Source of the DNA: a virus
Lineage: Duplodnaviria; Caudoviricetes
DNA length: 64,000 nt
Reading direction: 5' to 3' (one strand)
Virus record (IMG/VR): IMGVR_UViG_3300035390_000014
Span: 96,001 to 160,000 of that record
The notes under the pieces were generated by a model that saw only the letters and a list, made by a program, of their open reading frames with translations, did no database searches and was not told the origin of the DNA. This document shows positions 19,804 to 30,379 of this stretch, in pieces; positions within the stretch are counted from its first letter, which is position 1, and every line of letters starts with the position of its first letter. The position numbers and the translations under genes are program-made.

Positions 19804-20568
19804 ATGATTTGTGAATATTGTAAAGAAGAGCATGATGGTGAATATGGATCTGGTAGATTTTGTAACTCTAAATGTGCGAGAGGATTTTCTACTAAAGCTA
19901 AAAGAAAAGATATAAATAAAAATCTTTCTGAAAAAATGAAAGGGTATAAAACTATACCTGGTGGAATGATTAAACTTTGTGATTATGGTTGTGGAAAAGA
20001 AGCGAAATTTGAAATGACTAATGGAAATTGGTGTTGTGAAAACCATTATTCTAAATGTCCATCTATTATTAAAAAGAATTCAATAGCTTTAAAATCTGCT
20101 TATAAAAGTGGTAGAAAATCAAAATTTATTATGCCACAAGAAGCTTTAGATAGATCTTTAGAAACAAGAAAAAATAATCTATGTGAATATTATAATTCTA
20201 TACCATTTGAAAAGAAACCTGATGCTGAAAGACGAAGAATTATTTTAAATGAACAAGATGAAAAATGTTTGATTTGTGGCATTAAGGATTGGAATAATAA
20301 ATCTTTAGTATTACATCTTGATCATATTGATGGTAATAATCAAAATAATAAAAGAGAAAATTTAAGAATTATTTGTCCGAATTGTCATAGTCAAACAGAT
20401 ACATATTGTAGAGGAAAACCAAAAAATATATCAGATAAAAAATTATCTAAATTACTTATAAAAAATAATTTTAATTTTTGTAAAACATTAAATGAAGTAG
20501 ATTTAGTTCCTGGTGGTTATAACTGGGAACGAATTACAAAATTAGCGAATAAGATTATGCCCGCGTAG
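19804..20568 (+). CDS. HNH homing endonuclease
   Basis: LHLDHIDGNNQNN..ENLRIICPNCH; stop lies inside tRNA-Leu. Confidence 0.85.
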   Translation: MICEYCKEEHDGEYGSGRFCNSKCARGFSTKAKRKDINKNLSEKMKGYKTIPGGMIKLCDYGCGKEAKFEMTNGNWCCENHYSKCPSIIKKNSIALKSAYKSGRKSKFIMPQEALDRSLETRKNNLCEYYNSIPFEKKPDAERRRIILNEQDEKCLICGIKDWNNKSLVLHLDHIDGNNQNNKRENLRIICPNCHSQTDTYCRGKPKNISDKKLSKLLIKNNFNFCKTLNEVDLVPGGYNWERITKLANKIMPA

Positions 20569-20645
20569 AAGAATTGGTTTATTCAGCAGACTTAGACCCT
20601 GTGCTTTTAATAGGCGTGTGAGTTCGAATCTCACCGTGGGTACCA
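20559..20645 (+). tRNA. tRNA-Leu(UAG)
   Basis: GCCCGCG/CGTGGGT, loop CTTAGAC, variable arm, A73-CCA. Confidence 0.85.
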
Positions 20646-20651
20646 TATAAT

Positions 20652-20692
20652 AAAAGCGGTTACTTGTATATTATAAGTAACCGCTTTTCTTC
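20652..20692 (+). terminator. intrinsic terminator
   Basis: AAAAGCGGTTACT/AGTAACCGCTTTT. Confidence 0.75.
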
Positions 20693-20770
20693 CATAATTC
20701 CACTCAATTAAAAAATCCCAATCTATATATATTAATATACATAACACAATAGATTATTACTTATTTTAAT

Positions 20771-20856
20771 CAACGTCCGAAAAGGCACGGGACATAGGAG
20801 CTCCCACGCAAAGTCACAGGTCATATTTATATGATGGCTGGTCTACCGAAGCGTCC
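20771..20856 (+). promoter_or_regulatory. c-di-GMP-I (GEMM) riboswitch, copy 1
   Basis: AAGGCAC-GGGA..TCCC-ACGCAAAGTCACAGGTC..GATGGCTGGTCTACCGAA matches the recalled GEMM core. Confidence 0.8.
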
Positions 20857-20875
20857 TTACTGGGAGGATGTTTTA

Positions 20876-21376
20876 ATGAAACGAATGCTAATTTTATTAG
20901 TGTTTATGATCTTATCAACTGGATGTGCAATAAAACCTGTTTATCAAGTGAATGGCTATCCAGTCCCTAATAATGTCATTAAGGCAAAAACATTTGCTTT
21001 AGATTTAACAATAACTTATAATTTACAAAAAACCTTTAATGTAAAAGAAGGCAAAGAATCATATCAAACTTATGATTTTCTACCTTTGACTGATTCAACA
21101 ATATTTAAAATTAAGGATGATGAAAAATTAATTTTTAATATTGATGTTTTCAATCCATTAAAGAAATACTATAAGTTAGTTCAATATACAACTATAGAAG
21201 GAGGTGGTGGAGATGAAGTAGTATTGTACGAAGGTGAATTAAGCAGAAAACATGTATCTGTACATTTACCATTGATCCCAACCAAGTTGGTTAGTTTTTA
21301 TTATGATGCATGTAGTAAAAACGATGACTTGGTTTTTAGGTCCTTTCAAAATCAGTATATTTTCTCTGAATATTGA
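20876..21376 (+). CDS. lipoprotein
   Basis: MKRMLILLVFMILSTG-C lipobox; GGGAGG RBS. Confidence 0.75.
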   Translation: MKRMLILLVFMILSTGCAIKPVYQVNGYPVPNNVIKAKTFALDLTITYNLQKTFNVKEGKESYQTYDFLPLTDSTIFKIKDDEKLIFNIDVFNPLKKYYKLVQYTTIEGGGGDEVVLYEGELSRKHVSVHLPLIPTKLVSFYYDACSKNDDLVFRSFQNQYIFSEY

Positions 21377-21396
21377 AGGATGAATTTTTTATACGT

Positions 21397-21490
21397 GAAC
21401 GAACGAAAAAGGCACGGGATCACGTGGTCCCACGCAAAGTCACAGGTCTTTTATAAAGGATAAAAGATGGCTGGTCTACCGAAAACGTTC
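21397..21490 (+). promoter_or_regulatory. c-di-GMP-I (GEMM) riboswitch, copy 2
   Basis: Same core; P1 GAACG/CGTTC; P2 and P3 loops differ from copy 1. Confidence 0.8.
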
Positions 21491-21522
21491 TAATTAATTT
21501 TATTTAATTAGGAGTTTTCAAG

Positions 21523-22482
21523 ATGAAAAAAATGTTTAAAAGTTTAGTTATTGGTTTGGCAATTGTTGGTCTGATCGCATCCACAGGTTATGCACGCGGT
21601 GGTTATAATGAAAGCGTTGTAGGCGGCGGCGATATTCAGTTTAACGGTGCTACAATTCCCAATGGAGCTGCTGGCGGTATTTCAGGATCTGGCGGTTTTA
21701 GTGCTGCCCAGTCTGCTGGCGGTGGTTGGGGTCGTGTTGGTGGTGATATTTCCATTGCTGCTGGTGGTGTAACTGATACTACTTCAGGTACATATGTTAA
21801 TAACCACAGAGGTTATACTGAGATTGGTGTTTATAGTCGAAGTGAAAACCTTGCAACCACAAATGGTTTTACCACTATTAATGGTCAGGGTGCTGTAGTA
21901 GCTGAAAGTACTATGATCGGTGGTGCTGCTGAGGGAACATTGAATGGTTCTGTAATTGGGAAATCTCCAAGGTTCTTTACTACTGATGGTGTTAGTGGTG
22001 GAGTTGCTGGTCAGGGTGCTGTAGGTGGATTTGTTGGAGTTTCTGGTCTTGCTCTTGAAGGCGATGTTTCCATGAGAGCTAATCTAGAGTTCTCTGGATC
22101 TTCTTATTCAGATTCTTTTAGATTTGTAGAACGTGATCGCCAAAACGGAACTAAAACAGAAGGTATGGGCACTTATGTTGGAGCCAATACTAATGTTAGA
22201 ACTGATGGTTGGGTAGATCCCAATGGTTTTGTTGAAGGTGGTTTTGTTGCAGCCGGTGGAGCAGCATCTAAAACAGTTCAGAAAAGTGATACTGGATTTG
22301 CCAAAGCTTCTACAGTTGGTACTTATTCAGGTTCAGGTTCTTTAGGTGATAATTATACTGGAAAAGCTAATGGTTATACCAAAACTAGCATTACTCAGTA
22401 TAGAGGTATGACTGGAAGCATCGTTACATCTTCAGCTGGAATGCATGTTGTTTCTACAACATCTCCTGTTCAACATAATTAA
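21523..22482 (+). CDS. secreted Gly/Ala/Ser-rich protein
   Basis: Signal peptide (..TGYA), low-complexity beta-rich body. Confidence 0.7.
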   Translation: MKKMFKSLVIGLAIVGLIASTGYARGGYNESVVGGGDIQFNGATIPNGAAGGISGSGGFSAAQSAGGGWGRVGGDISIAAGGVTDTTSGTYVNNHRGYTEIGVYSRSENLATTNGFTTINGQGAVVAESTMIGGAAEGTLNGSVIGKSPRFFTTDGVSGGVAGQGAVGGFVGVSGLALEGDVSMRANLEFSGSSYSDSFRFVERDRQNGTKTEGMGTYVGANTNVRTDGWVDPNGFVEGGFVAAGGAASKTVQKSDTGFAKASTVGTYSGSGSLGDNYTGKANGYTKTSITQYRGMTGSIVTSSAGMHVVSTTSPVQHN

Positions 22483-22563
22483 ATTACCAATTAACTAAAC
22501 ATCATACCCCCAAGCTTAGATAGTTGGGGGTATAAAATTTGAATTAAACGTAAGAGAATAAAA

Positions 22564-23406
22564 TTGAAAATTTATAAATTTGCATTACTTAGTATTATGA
22601 GTATGTTGATTATGGTGATGTTCACAGTCCCGTCATTTGCTGGTGCGGATGCGGATGCTGATGCTAAAGCTAAAGCTGGTGCAACATCATCCATTGATTC
22701 TCATGATAATATTACCAATCAACGTGGTTATGCCATTCAGGGTCAGGTACAGTACCCCGGAATGCCCGGATACTTTGGTCCCAATAACAAACCCGGTCAT
22801 CAGTTCATTTCCCTTAATAAATTGTTGATGTATAACACAGCTTGGAACATTAAAGCTGAATACGGTTCTACAACCGGCCAGACAATCAATATAACTCCCC
22901 ATGCCAAAATGGTTACCCCGGAAGAAAGAAGTAAAGTTGTCATCTGCACCAAGGATATCTTTGACAAGACCAAATTTGAAATTGATCTCCTTGCAGTCGG
23001 TGCCATTAATTCAACCCAGAAAAATGTTATTTCTTCTGACTTGTTGGATTATGTTTTAGCAACGGCAGCCAAATATGGCGCCACCCATGTCCAGTTTCTG
23101 GCTGAGGGTACTAACACTGAACTCCAGTCTTCTGGTTGGGGTATTGGTCTTAATTATACCAAAGCTACAGATACATCAGTATCAACTGGCGGCACCGGGT
23201 TCTCAACTGGATGGTCCGGTTATCAGAATCTACCCTGGCAGCAATTCTTCTTTTTGAAGGTTGTTAATCCTGGAGCAGTTGCTTCAATTACACCTGATAT
23301 TGAAAAAGCAGATGTTGTTGAAAACGACGTAATTGTAAAAGATAATACCAAAGTAGATAATGCTGTGAAAGAAGCCTCTACAAAACAGGGTGGAAATCAC
23401 AACTAA
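22564..23406 (+). CDS. secreted protein
   Basis: Signal peptide (..PSFA), ADADADAKAKA repeat. Confidence 0.7.
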   Translation: MKIYKFALLSIMSMLIMVMFTVPSFAGADADADAKAKAGATSSIDSHDNITNQRGYAIQGQVQYPGMPGYFGPNNKPGHQFISLNKLLMYNTAWNIKAEYGSTTGQTINITPHAKMVTPEERSKVVICTKDIFDKTKFEIDLLAVGAINSTQKNVISSDLLDYVLATAAKYGATHVQFLAEGTNTELQSSGWGIGLNYTKATDTSVSTGGTGFSTGWSGYQNLPWQQFFFLKVVNPGAVASITPDIEKADVVENDVIVKDNTKVDNAVKEASTKQGGNHN

Positions 23407-23441
23407 GAATTAAAATTGAGTTAAGTTTATTTAGTGAGTTT

Positions 23442-23481
23442 AAAAAATGAGTCGTCAAGTTATTAGGCGACTCATTTTTTT
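23442..23481 (+). terminator. intrinsic terminator
   Basis: AAAAAATGAGTCG/CGACTCATTTTTT. Confidence 0.75.
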
Positions 23482-23598
23482 GTCATTTTTTTATGAGTAT
23501 AAAACTTGAAGTCCCCTACTGCTAGTTGATTTCTCTAAGCTATTGAACATATTATAAATACTAGTTATTGTATGTTAATTCTTTAATAGAGAGGTTAT

Positions 23599-24933
23599 AT
23601 GAATATAATTGTTCAAATTCCAGATGAAGTTTCTCAAGTTTTAGAAGGCGAAGGTACTAATAAACAAAAAACTAATCGGTTGGCAATGGTTGGATACTCA
23701 GGATATCAGATAAAATATTATTTGAAAGTATGGAGTGAACAAAATAAAGAACCACTAAACTCTTCTGATAATGTTTTACTAGTAAATGGTACTCCTAATA
23801 TTAATAAAGAATTTAAAAACAACAAGGCATCAATTGAAATTGTTTCAACAACAATTAAAACAATTGATGAAGGAATTGCTGCTGCAAATATAGACTTTGA
23901 TGTTTGGGAAGTTGAAAGTGCAAAGGTTGGATCATGGAACACAACAATGAAAATTGATGATGCTCCAGTCCAGGTAGTCAATTATAAAGTTCAGATTAAA
24001 TTAAAAGCAATAGTAAAAAATCATGTTAAAGAAACATTTGAAAAACTATTTGAAAAACTTCCAATAAATAACACATTATATCCAAAACTCCCATCAAAAC
24101 CTAACCCTCAATATATGCTAGAAGTTGGTCTTGTAGATCAACATTTTGGTATGTTAGCATGGGCAAAAGAAACCCTATCAGATTATGATCTTAAAATTGC
24201 TGAACTATTATATATAGAATCAGCAAAGAAAGCCATCAATAGGATAAAAAATCCAGAACAAATAGGTAAAATACTCCTTCCAATTGGTCATGACTTTTTC
24301 CACATTAATGATCAATCCAATACAACTCCAAGAGCAGGCCATCGTTTAGATGTAGATGGACGTCTAGCCAAAGTCTTTTCAGTAGGTATGAGAGCTGCAG
24401 TTAAAGCTATTGATTATTTAAAAACAATTGCTCCTGTTGAAATAGTTTTTGTACCTGGAAATCATGACCCTCAAATGAGCTATTACCTATGTATTACTCT
24501 ACAAGCTTGGTATAGAAATTGTCCAGATATATATTTTGATATAGATCAAGAAGGAATTGTAAATCCTACTGCTAGAAAATATGTGGCATGGGGAAAAGGA
24601 CTATTAGGGATGAGCCATGGATTAGATGAGAAAATGTCTGACCTTCCAGGTATTATGGCTAACGAGGCAAAACATTTATGGGCAAATGCAATATATAAAG
24701 AAATTCATATTGGACATTTTCATAAAGTAAGATCTTCATCAACATTCAAACATTTCACCGATACAGTAAATCAAACAGTTGTTAGAACTTTACCAAGTTT
24801 ATGTGGGAGCGATGATTATTCATATGCACATGGTTGGTTATCAGAAGGAGTGCAGGCAGCTGAATTTTATCTATGGGATAAAGAATATGGACCTGTACAA
24901 TATATCTCAGTAAAAGCAGAAGAAATATTATAA
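23599..24933 (+). CDS. calcineurin-like metallophosphoesterase
   Basis: DQHFG, GHDFFH, PGNHD, SHG and GHFH motifs. Confidence 0.75.
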   Translation: MNIIVQIPDEVSQVLEGEGTNKQKTNRLAMVGYSGYQIKYYLKVWSEQNKEPLNSSDNVLLVNGTPNINKEFKNNKASIEIVSTTIKTIDEGIAAANIDFDVWEVESAKVGSWNTTMKIDDAPVQVVNYKVQIKLKAIVKNHVKETFEKLFEKLPINNTLYPKLPSKPNPQYMLEVGLVDQHFGMLAWAKETLSDYDLKIAELLYIESAKKAINRIKNPEQIGKILLPIGHDFFHINDQSNTTPRAGHRLDVDGRLAKVFSVGMRAAVKAIDYLKTIAPVEIVFVPGNHDPQMSYYLCITLQAWYRNCPDIYFDIDQEGIVNPTARKYVAWGKGLLGMSHGLDEKMSDLPGIMANEAKHLWANAIYKEIHIGHFHKVRSSSTFKHFTDTVNQTVVRTLPSLCGSDDYSYAHGWLSEGVQAAEFYLWDKEYGPVQYISVKAEEIL

Positions 24934-24949
24934 TTAAAAAGAGGAATAA

Positions 24950-25879
24950 ATGAAAATTTTAATTACTGGTGGTGCTGGATTTGCAGGATGTGGTATTGTT
25001 AAAAGATTTTTGAAATTAAATCATGAAGTAACTGTTATAGATATAGTTCCAAAATCACATTCAAATTTACATAATGTTAACGATCATAATTTTTCATATA
25101 TATGGAAATCTGTACATGATGTTAATAAAGAAGATATTAAAGATAAAGAGATTATAATACATTTAGCTGCTCAGGCTGATGTTCCTATGGCATTTGGATC
25201 ACCAAGATGGACTTCATTTCAAAACATTGATGGTTTGTTAGCTATGTTAGAAGTTTGTCGTGGGGAAAAACATATTAAAAAATTTGTAGTAGCTTCATCT
25301 GGTAATGTATTTGGAAGATATAAATATATACCAATAGATGAAAAACATCAATACATGCCACATAATCCATATGCATTTTCTAAAGCTTCTCAAGAGTTAG
25401 CAGCCATGAGTTATTATAGATGTTATAATATACCTATAATTATTTTAGCAACAGGTGTAGTAGCTGGTCCATATATGAGAAAAGAAGTTTTTATTTATAA
25501 ATGGTTATATAATATCCTTACAAATAAACCAACTTATTTAGAAGGTGGGTCCCAAACAAGAGATTTAACATATGTAACAGATACTATAGATGTTTTTAAT
25601 TTAGCTATAGAGGCTCCTGATGAAAAAGTTATTGGCGAAAAATTCTTAATATCATATGGAGAAGAAAATTCAGTTAAGGATCTTCTTGATATGTGTTATA
25701 GTGTTACTGGAGATAAACCAAATATTATTCATACAGATTTCAGACCAGGAGAAGAAGGACAAAGAGAATATTTTGATAATACAAAAGCTAGAAAAATATT
25801 AGGATATACTCCAAAAGTTGATCCACTAGAAACAATTGGGAATATAGCTAATTGGATAAAAAATATAATACTTAAATAA
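24950..25879 (+). CDS. NAD-dependent nucleotide-sugar epimerase/dehydratase
   Basis: ITGGAGFAG, HLAAQ, YAFSK, RDLTYV. Confidence 0.88.
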   Translation: MKILITGGAGFAGCGIVKRFLKLNHEVTVIDIVPKSHSNLHNVNDHNFSYIWKSVHDVNKEDIKDKEIIIHLAAQADVPMAFGSPRWTSFQNIDGLLAMLEVCRGEKHIKKFVVASSGNVFGRYKYIPIDEKHQYMPHNPYAFSKASQELAAMSYYRCYNIPIIILATGVVAGPYMRKEVFIYKWLYNILTNKPTYLEGGSQTRDLTYVTDTIDVFNLAIEAPDEKVIGEKFLISYGEENSVKDLLDMCYSVTGDKPNIIHTDFRPGEEGQREYFDNTKARKILGYTPKVDPLETIGNIANWIKNIILK

Positions 25880-25890
25880 AAGAGGAAAAA

Positions 25891-26613
25891 ATGATTGTAT
25901 ACAAGTATACTGCAGGCACATATATAATAGAAGATTTTAATCAAGAAGTGAATGATGAATTATTCAACAATGTTGTAAATAATTATTTGAAGGCAAGAAA
26001 TGAATTAGATACTAATGCCGAAGTTAAACGGATAATGAGAAAAAATGGCTTTCTTATAGTATGTGGATATGCTAGTTTAAGTAATATTAATTTAGTAAAT
26101 GTTATTAAAGCTTTTTTAGAAATACATAATTTTGTTGTTAATTATATGGAAGATACTCCATCTGAAATTATTAATATTTTGAAGAATTTTTTGCCTGTTA
26201 TAAGTAAAAGAAAAGGAGATCAGTGTGGTGGTATTAATCCTGATACACCATCTATTGATCCTGGGATTTTAGCATTGAGTAATTCTTTAAATTTATTTCC
26301 TGGTATAAAAACATTTTCATCTTGTGAAGGTCATATTAAACAAGACAGTGGCACAATGTATATATTATTTACAGCAGAAACAATGGAGAATTTATCTGAT
26401 CTAGCATTTGTTTTATGGAATGGATTAGAAGAAGTAGCTTCCATTTATCCTGATCTCCCTATGTTTAAATTAACTTTCGATTTTGGTCAATGGCCAAGTA
26501 TTAAGAAAGCATATTTTGAAATGAGATTAGTATATCAAGAAAAATATAGGGTAGATGTTTTTGAATCAGCAGAGATTCTAGCACGGTACATTAAGACCCA
26601 TTCAGTGGGGTAA
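25891..26613 (+). CDS. hypothetical protein
   Basis: 240 aa ORF; TFSSCEGH motif. Confidence 0.55.
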   Translation: MIVYKYTAGTYIIEDFNQEVNDELFNNVVNNYLKARNELDTNAEVKRIMRKNGFLIVCGYASLSNINLVNVIKAFLEIHNFVVNYMEDTPSEIINILKNFLPVISKRKGDQCGGINPDTPSIDPGILALSNSLNLFPGIKTFSSCEGHIKQDSGTMYILFTAETMENLSDLAFVLWNGLEEVASIYPDLPMFKLTFDFGQWPSIKKAYFEMRLVYQEKYRVDVFESAEILARYIKTHSVG

Positions 26614-26615
26614 CT

Positions 26616-27252
26616 ATGACATCTTTAAATATATTAATGAAAGATCCAGATTGGCAATTTTTAAGAAAAAAATTGTTAAATAAATGGATGTGTAGACCTG
26701 ATTGGTGTTGTATGGAACTTAGAAAGTATATGGGTAGATATCTTAATACATCACCAAATATTAAATTAAAAATAGTATCAACTTATTTATCTAGTTCTGG
26801 GTTTAGAGTTGGAGCTATTAATCATCCACGTATAACACAATTAAAAACTGAGTTATATTTGGAGATTAAAAAAAGAAAAAATAATAATAAATGGAGTTGA
26901 CAAAAAATATGTTATATAGGACACATTAAACGAGTTAAGGAGTCATATATAACACATTAAAGGAGTTACTATGAAACCAATACGAGAGATAGTAAAAAGT
27001 CCAAAATGGCAAAAGGTTAGAGAAAGTCTCTTAGGTAAATGGAATCATGAACCTGAATGGTGTTGTCAACAACTAAGAAAATTTATAAGTCCTTTACATA
27101 AAGCTTCTATAAATGAATTAAGAATAATGATGAATTATTTAACTATAACACCAATAAGAATTGGTAAGATAAAACATCCTTGTATAAATAAATTAAGATT
27201 AGAAGTTTCAATAGAAATGAAAAAGCGTAAAGCAAAGGGGATTTGGAAATGA
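26616..27252 (+). repeat. two tandem paralogous small basic proteins (26616-26900, 26971-27252)
   Basis: Shared WQ.R..LL.KW..P.WCC..LRK..I.HP.I..L..E pattern. Confidence 0.75.
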
Positions 27253-27794
27253 TGCATATAAATGATATAGACGGAGAAGAACTTGGTAAATTTTTAAATG
27301 ATGTGCATATTAATTTTTATGGTAATAGTAATTCAAAGGCTAATTTATTTGAAGGTGGAAATGTAGGTCAAGCTATATTAGGTTTAGCTATAGTAGAAGC
27401 ATCTAAAAATATTAAAAAAGGGTTGATTGAACTAGCAAATGCAATAGAAAAGTTATAAGAAACGAACTGTAATAAACACCAGTTAACATCTAAAACTTTT
27501 AGAACATATTATAAATGATCAATTCATGATCTATTAATTACTTTTAGGAGCGTAAAATGAAAATCACCGACTATTGTTATAAACATAGTTTTACGGTTGA
27601 TACAGATTTTACCGCTGATATGGCGCCAGCTTATATTAGTAATCCTGAAACAAATAATCATATTCCGCACAGAAGGCTCTAAGCACATCATCGCTGTCCT
27701 TCTTTGGAATTATAAAAGAGGGAATAAGCTCAGACACAACCCTCTTCTTTTATTAAAAAACAAACAAAAAAATACATGAGCGTGAGTTTATTCC

Positions 27795-27871
27795 GGTGGC
27801 GTAGTGTAACTGGCTACACGTCTGATTGTCTATCAGAAAATATGCGGGTTCGAGTCCCGTCGCCATCGCCA
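27795..27871 (+). tRNA. tRNA-Asp(GUC)
   Basis: TCTGA-TTGTCTA-TCAGA, G73-CCA. Confidence 0.92.
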
Positions 27872-27885
27872 AAAATATTTTATGT

Positions 27886-27962
27886 ACCCTTGTAGTGTAA
27901 CTTGGCGAGCACGATTGGCTGTTAACCAATAAGTTCGGGTTCAAATCCTGACTAGGGTGCCA
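27886..27962 (+). tRNA. tRNA-Asn(GUU)
   Basis: ATTGG-CTGTTAA-CCAAT, G73-CCA. Confidence 0.92.
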
Positions 27963-28025
27963 CACAATACTGTTAATCTAGTCAATAGTAATAGCCATTA
28001 GAACATATTATAAAAAGGATATAAT

Positions 28026-28697
28026 ATGTTATGTGATTATGGTTGTGGGCAAGAAGCTAGATATACAATAGGTAATGGTAAATTATGTTGTTCTAAACAT
28101 TATAATTCATGCCCGGAACTTAGAAGAAAGAATAGTAATTCTGTTAAAAAAAGTAGAGAAAAAGAAAAAGAGTTGGGAATAAAAAGATATTCTCCACAAT
28201 ATTTAAAAGTTAAATGTCAATATTGTGATAGAATAACTACACAAAACATGATAAAAAGACATGAAAAATTTTGTTATTTAAATCCATTAAATATAAAATT
28301 ATGCCCTGTTTGTAATAAACCAGTTAAAGATTATAAAAATGCAACTACATGTTCTCAACAATGTGGTCAAAGATATTTCAGAAGTATGTTTGATAAGGTT
28401 AGACGTGAAAGAAATATGAGTTGGATTGATGATTTATATGATGGTGGTTCACATTATAAGACTATTTGTTTTAGATATCATGAGAAAAAATGTATTATAT
28501 GTGGTGAAGATATAGCAGTATCTGTTCATCATTATGATGGAAATCATGATAATAATAAACCAGAAAATTTAGTTCCTTTATGTATGAATCATCATGTTTA
28601 TATACATAGTACAGTTGAAAATATGTATATTATAAAAGAATGTGTTGATGAATATGTTAAGGAATATTGTAAGAAAAACAATTTAATGCACCTGTAA
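28026..28697 (+). CDS. HNH homing endonuclease
   Basis: CDYGCG module; VHHYDGNHDNN.PENLVPLCMNHH; stop lies inside tRNA-Thr. Confidence 0.85.
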   Translation: MLCDYGCGQEARYTIGNGKLCCSKHYNSCPELRRKNSNSVKKSREKEKELGIKRYSPQYLKVKCQYCDRITTQNMIKRHEKFCYLNPLNIKLCPVCNKPVKDYKNATTCSQQCGQRYFRSMFDKVRRERNMSWIDDLYDGGSHYKTICFRYHEKKCIICGEDIAVSVHHYDGNHDNNKPENLVPLCMNHHVYIHSTVENMYIIKECVDEYVKEYCKKNNLMHL

Positions 28698-28761
28698 TTC
28701 AATGGTAGAATGCAAGTTTTGTAATCTTGTTATGGGGGTTCAAATCCTCTCAGGTGCTCCA
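28688..28761 (+). tRNA. tRNA-Thr(UGU)
   Basis: GCACCTG/CAGGTGC, loop TTTGTAA, CCA. Confidence 0.88.
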
Positions 28762-28770
28762 AACAAATAT

Positions 28771-28847
28771 GCAACTGTAGCTCAGTCTGGTAGAGCGTCT
28801 GGGTGAAGTCCAGAGCGTCGGGGGTTCAATTCCTCTCGGTTGCACCA
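28771..28847 (+). tRNA. tRNA-Phe(GAA)
   Basis: TCTGG-GTGAAGT-CCAGA, A73-CCA. Confidence 0.9.
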
Positions 28848-28857
28848 ATAATTTTAT

Positions 28858-28949
28858 GGGTTCGTCACCTAGATGGCCGATGGTACCAGACTTTTAATCT
28901 GGAGCGGATATCAATCCCCACGTGAGTTCGAATCTCACCGAACCCACCA
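28858..28949 (+). tRNA. tRNA-Lys(UUU) with long variable arm
   Basis: GGGTTCG/CGAACCC, CCAGA-CTTTTAA-TCTGG, variable stem GGAT/ATCC; 92 nt. Confidence 0.85.
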
Positions 28950-29161
28950 TAAAATTTATACAAAAAAAAGATAGACTGACAGATAGATAACGAAATCCCA
29001 AAGGGACCCGTTATAGATAGACAGGGGTTAGTACAATAATCTCTTATATACTAGTTAATAATATATATAGTAATATTTACTATAATGGATTGTATTATAA
29101 GAAACTTTCTTTTTCATATAGAACATATTATAAATGATAACCGTGTATAGGAGAATTTATT

Positions 29162-29677
29162 ATGAGTGTCAAAGATTTGGTAGAAAAAGGTCGTGTCGAT
29201 AAAGAACTAGAATGGATTAAAAAAAGAGAAGCTGAAAAACAAACTCATATTGATGAAAAAGCAAAAAGAGTTAAACAAGCTCAAGCACATATTGATAGTT
29301 TAATGACTGCATTTGAAAAAATATATTTTGATATTGATGCAACTGATGAAGAAGTTGCTAAATGTATATTAGAAGAAAATTATAGTATTATGGATAGTAA
29401 CCAATGTCTGTATAGTCAATTAGCTTTCAGAGAGAAAGATGTTCGTAAATATGTAGATGCTGAAAGACATTCATGGGGGACATCATCTCCACGTGATCAT
29501 GAATTTTATTTAATATCAAAATATGAAAAATATAATATATGGAAAAAAGCTTTAGAAGATAAATTTGGTATATTTATTCAATTCAGAGAAGAAGAACATG
29601 AGGGAGCAAGCAGAGGTTATAATGCTCCACCTGAAAGAGATTCATCTGGCATTGAATGTATTTTAAGTATTAAATAG
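29162..29677 (+). CDS. hypothetical protein
   Basis: AGGAG RBS after motif A. Confidence 0.6.
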   Translation: MSVKDLVEKGRVDKELEWIKKREAEKQTHIDEKAKRVKQAQAHIDSLMTAFEKIYFDIDATDEEVAKCILEENYSIMDSNQCLYSQLAFREKDVRKYVDAERHSWGTSSPRDHEFYLISKYEKYNIWKKALEDKFGIFIQFREEEHEGASRGYNAPPERDSSGIECILSIK

Positions 29678-29853
29678 GAGTCTAAAATGCAAAAAGCTTT
29701 ATATAGAAAACACAATGATAGGCAAATGAATAGTAGTACATATCATAAGAAAGATGGTACTAACATTAGAGCTAAATTAAAAATTCAATTAAAGAAACGT
29801 ATTCAAGAAACTATTTCAGACAAATAGAACATAATATAAATGAATGAGGTTAT

Positions 29854-30027
29854 ATGAAAACCATAGAATGTCCTTTATGTAAAGAGATTATTAAGAAAAA
29901 TAATCTTAAAGGTCATTGTTGGTATGCTCATGCACTTAGTATATCGAAAGATCCTAATAAAAAAAATAAACCATGGGATCAAGTAGGTATTGATAAAATT
30001 AAAAAAGTAATTGGTGGGTTCCCATAA
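29854..30027 (+). CDS. small C2H2 zinc finger protein
   Basis: Manual translation MKTIECPLC...GHCWYAH; stop lies inside tRNA-Ser(GCU). Confidence 0.5.
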   Translation: MKTIECPLCKEIIKKNNLKGHCWYAHALSISKDPNKKNKPWDQVGIDKIKKVIGGFP

Positions 30028-30099
30028 TCGGCATTGGAAGTGATTGCTAATCACTCGGGCTTCACAGCTTTGCAGGTTCAAGTCCTGTACCCACCGCCA
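30013..30099 (+). tRNA. tRNA-Ser(GCU)
   Basis: AGTGA-TTGCTAA-TCACT, variable arm, G73-CCA. Confidence 0.92.
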
Positions 30100-30197
30100 A
30101 AATATGGACAGGTTGCTCAATGGCAGAGCAGCTTTAAAAATATTTATATTTTTAGGGTGTAAGGTGGCTCGAAACCATCCAAGTGCATCAACTATGA

Positions 30198-30372
30198 GCC
30201 TGTATAGCTTTTGGATAAGCATTATAGATTAAGTAATCTTTAATAGTGTACATAAAATTAGATAAAAGAACTATAATTAGTAGATTTTTTTTATTATTTA
30301 TTTTGATGCGCATTGAGATATTTATATAAGAATTTTCAGTGATCTATCGGGGTTCGATCCCCCTTGCAGGCA
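30198..30372 (+). ncRNA. tRNA-like RNA with anticodon arm replaced by ~120 nt AT-rich insert
   Basis: GCCTGTA/TGCAGGC acceptor, D arm GCTT/AAGC, T arm GGGG-TTCGATC-CCCC. Confidence 0.55.
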
Positions 30373-30379
30373 TACCTAT

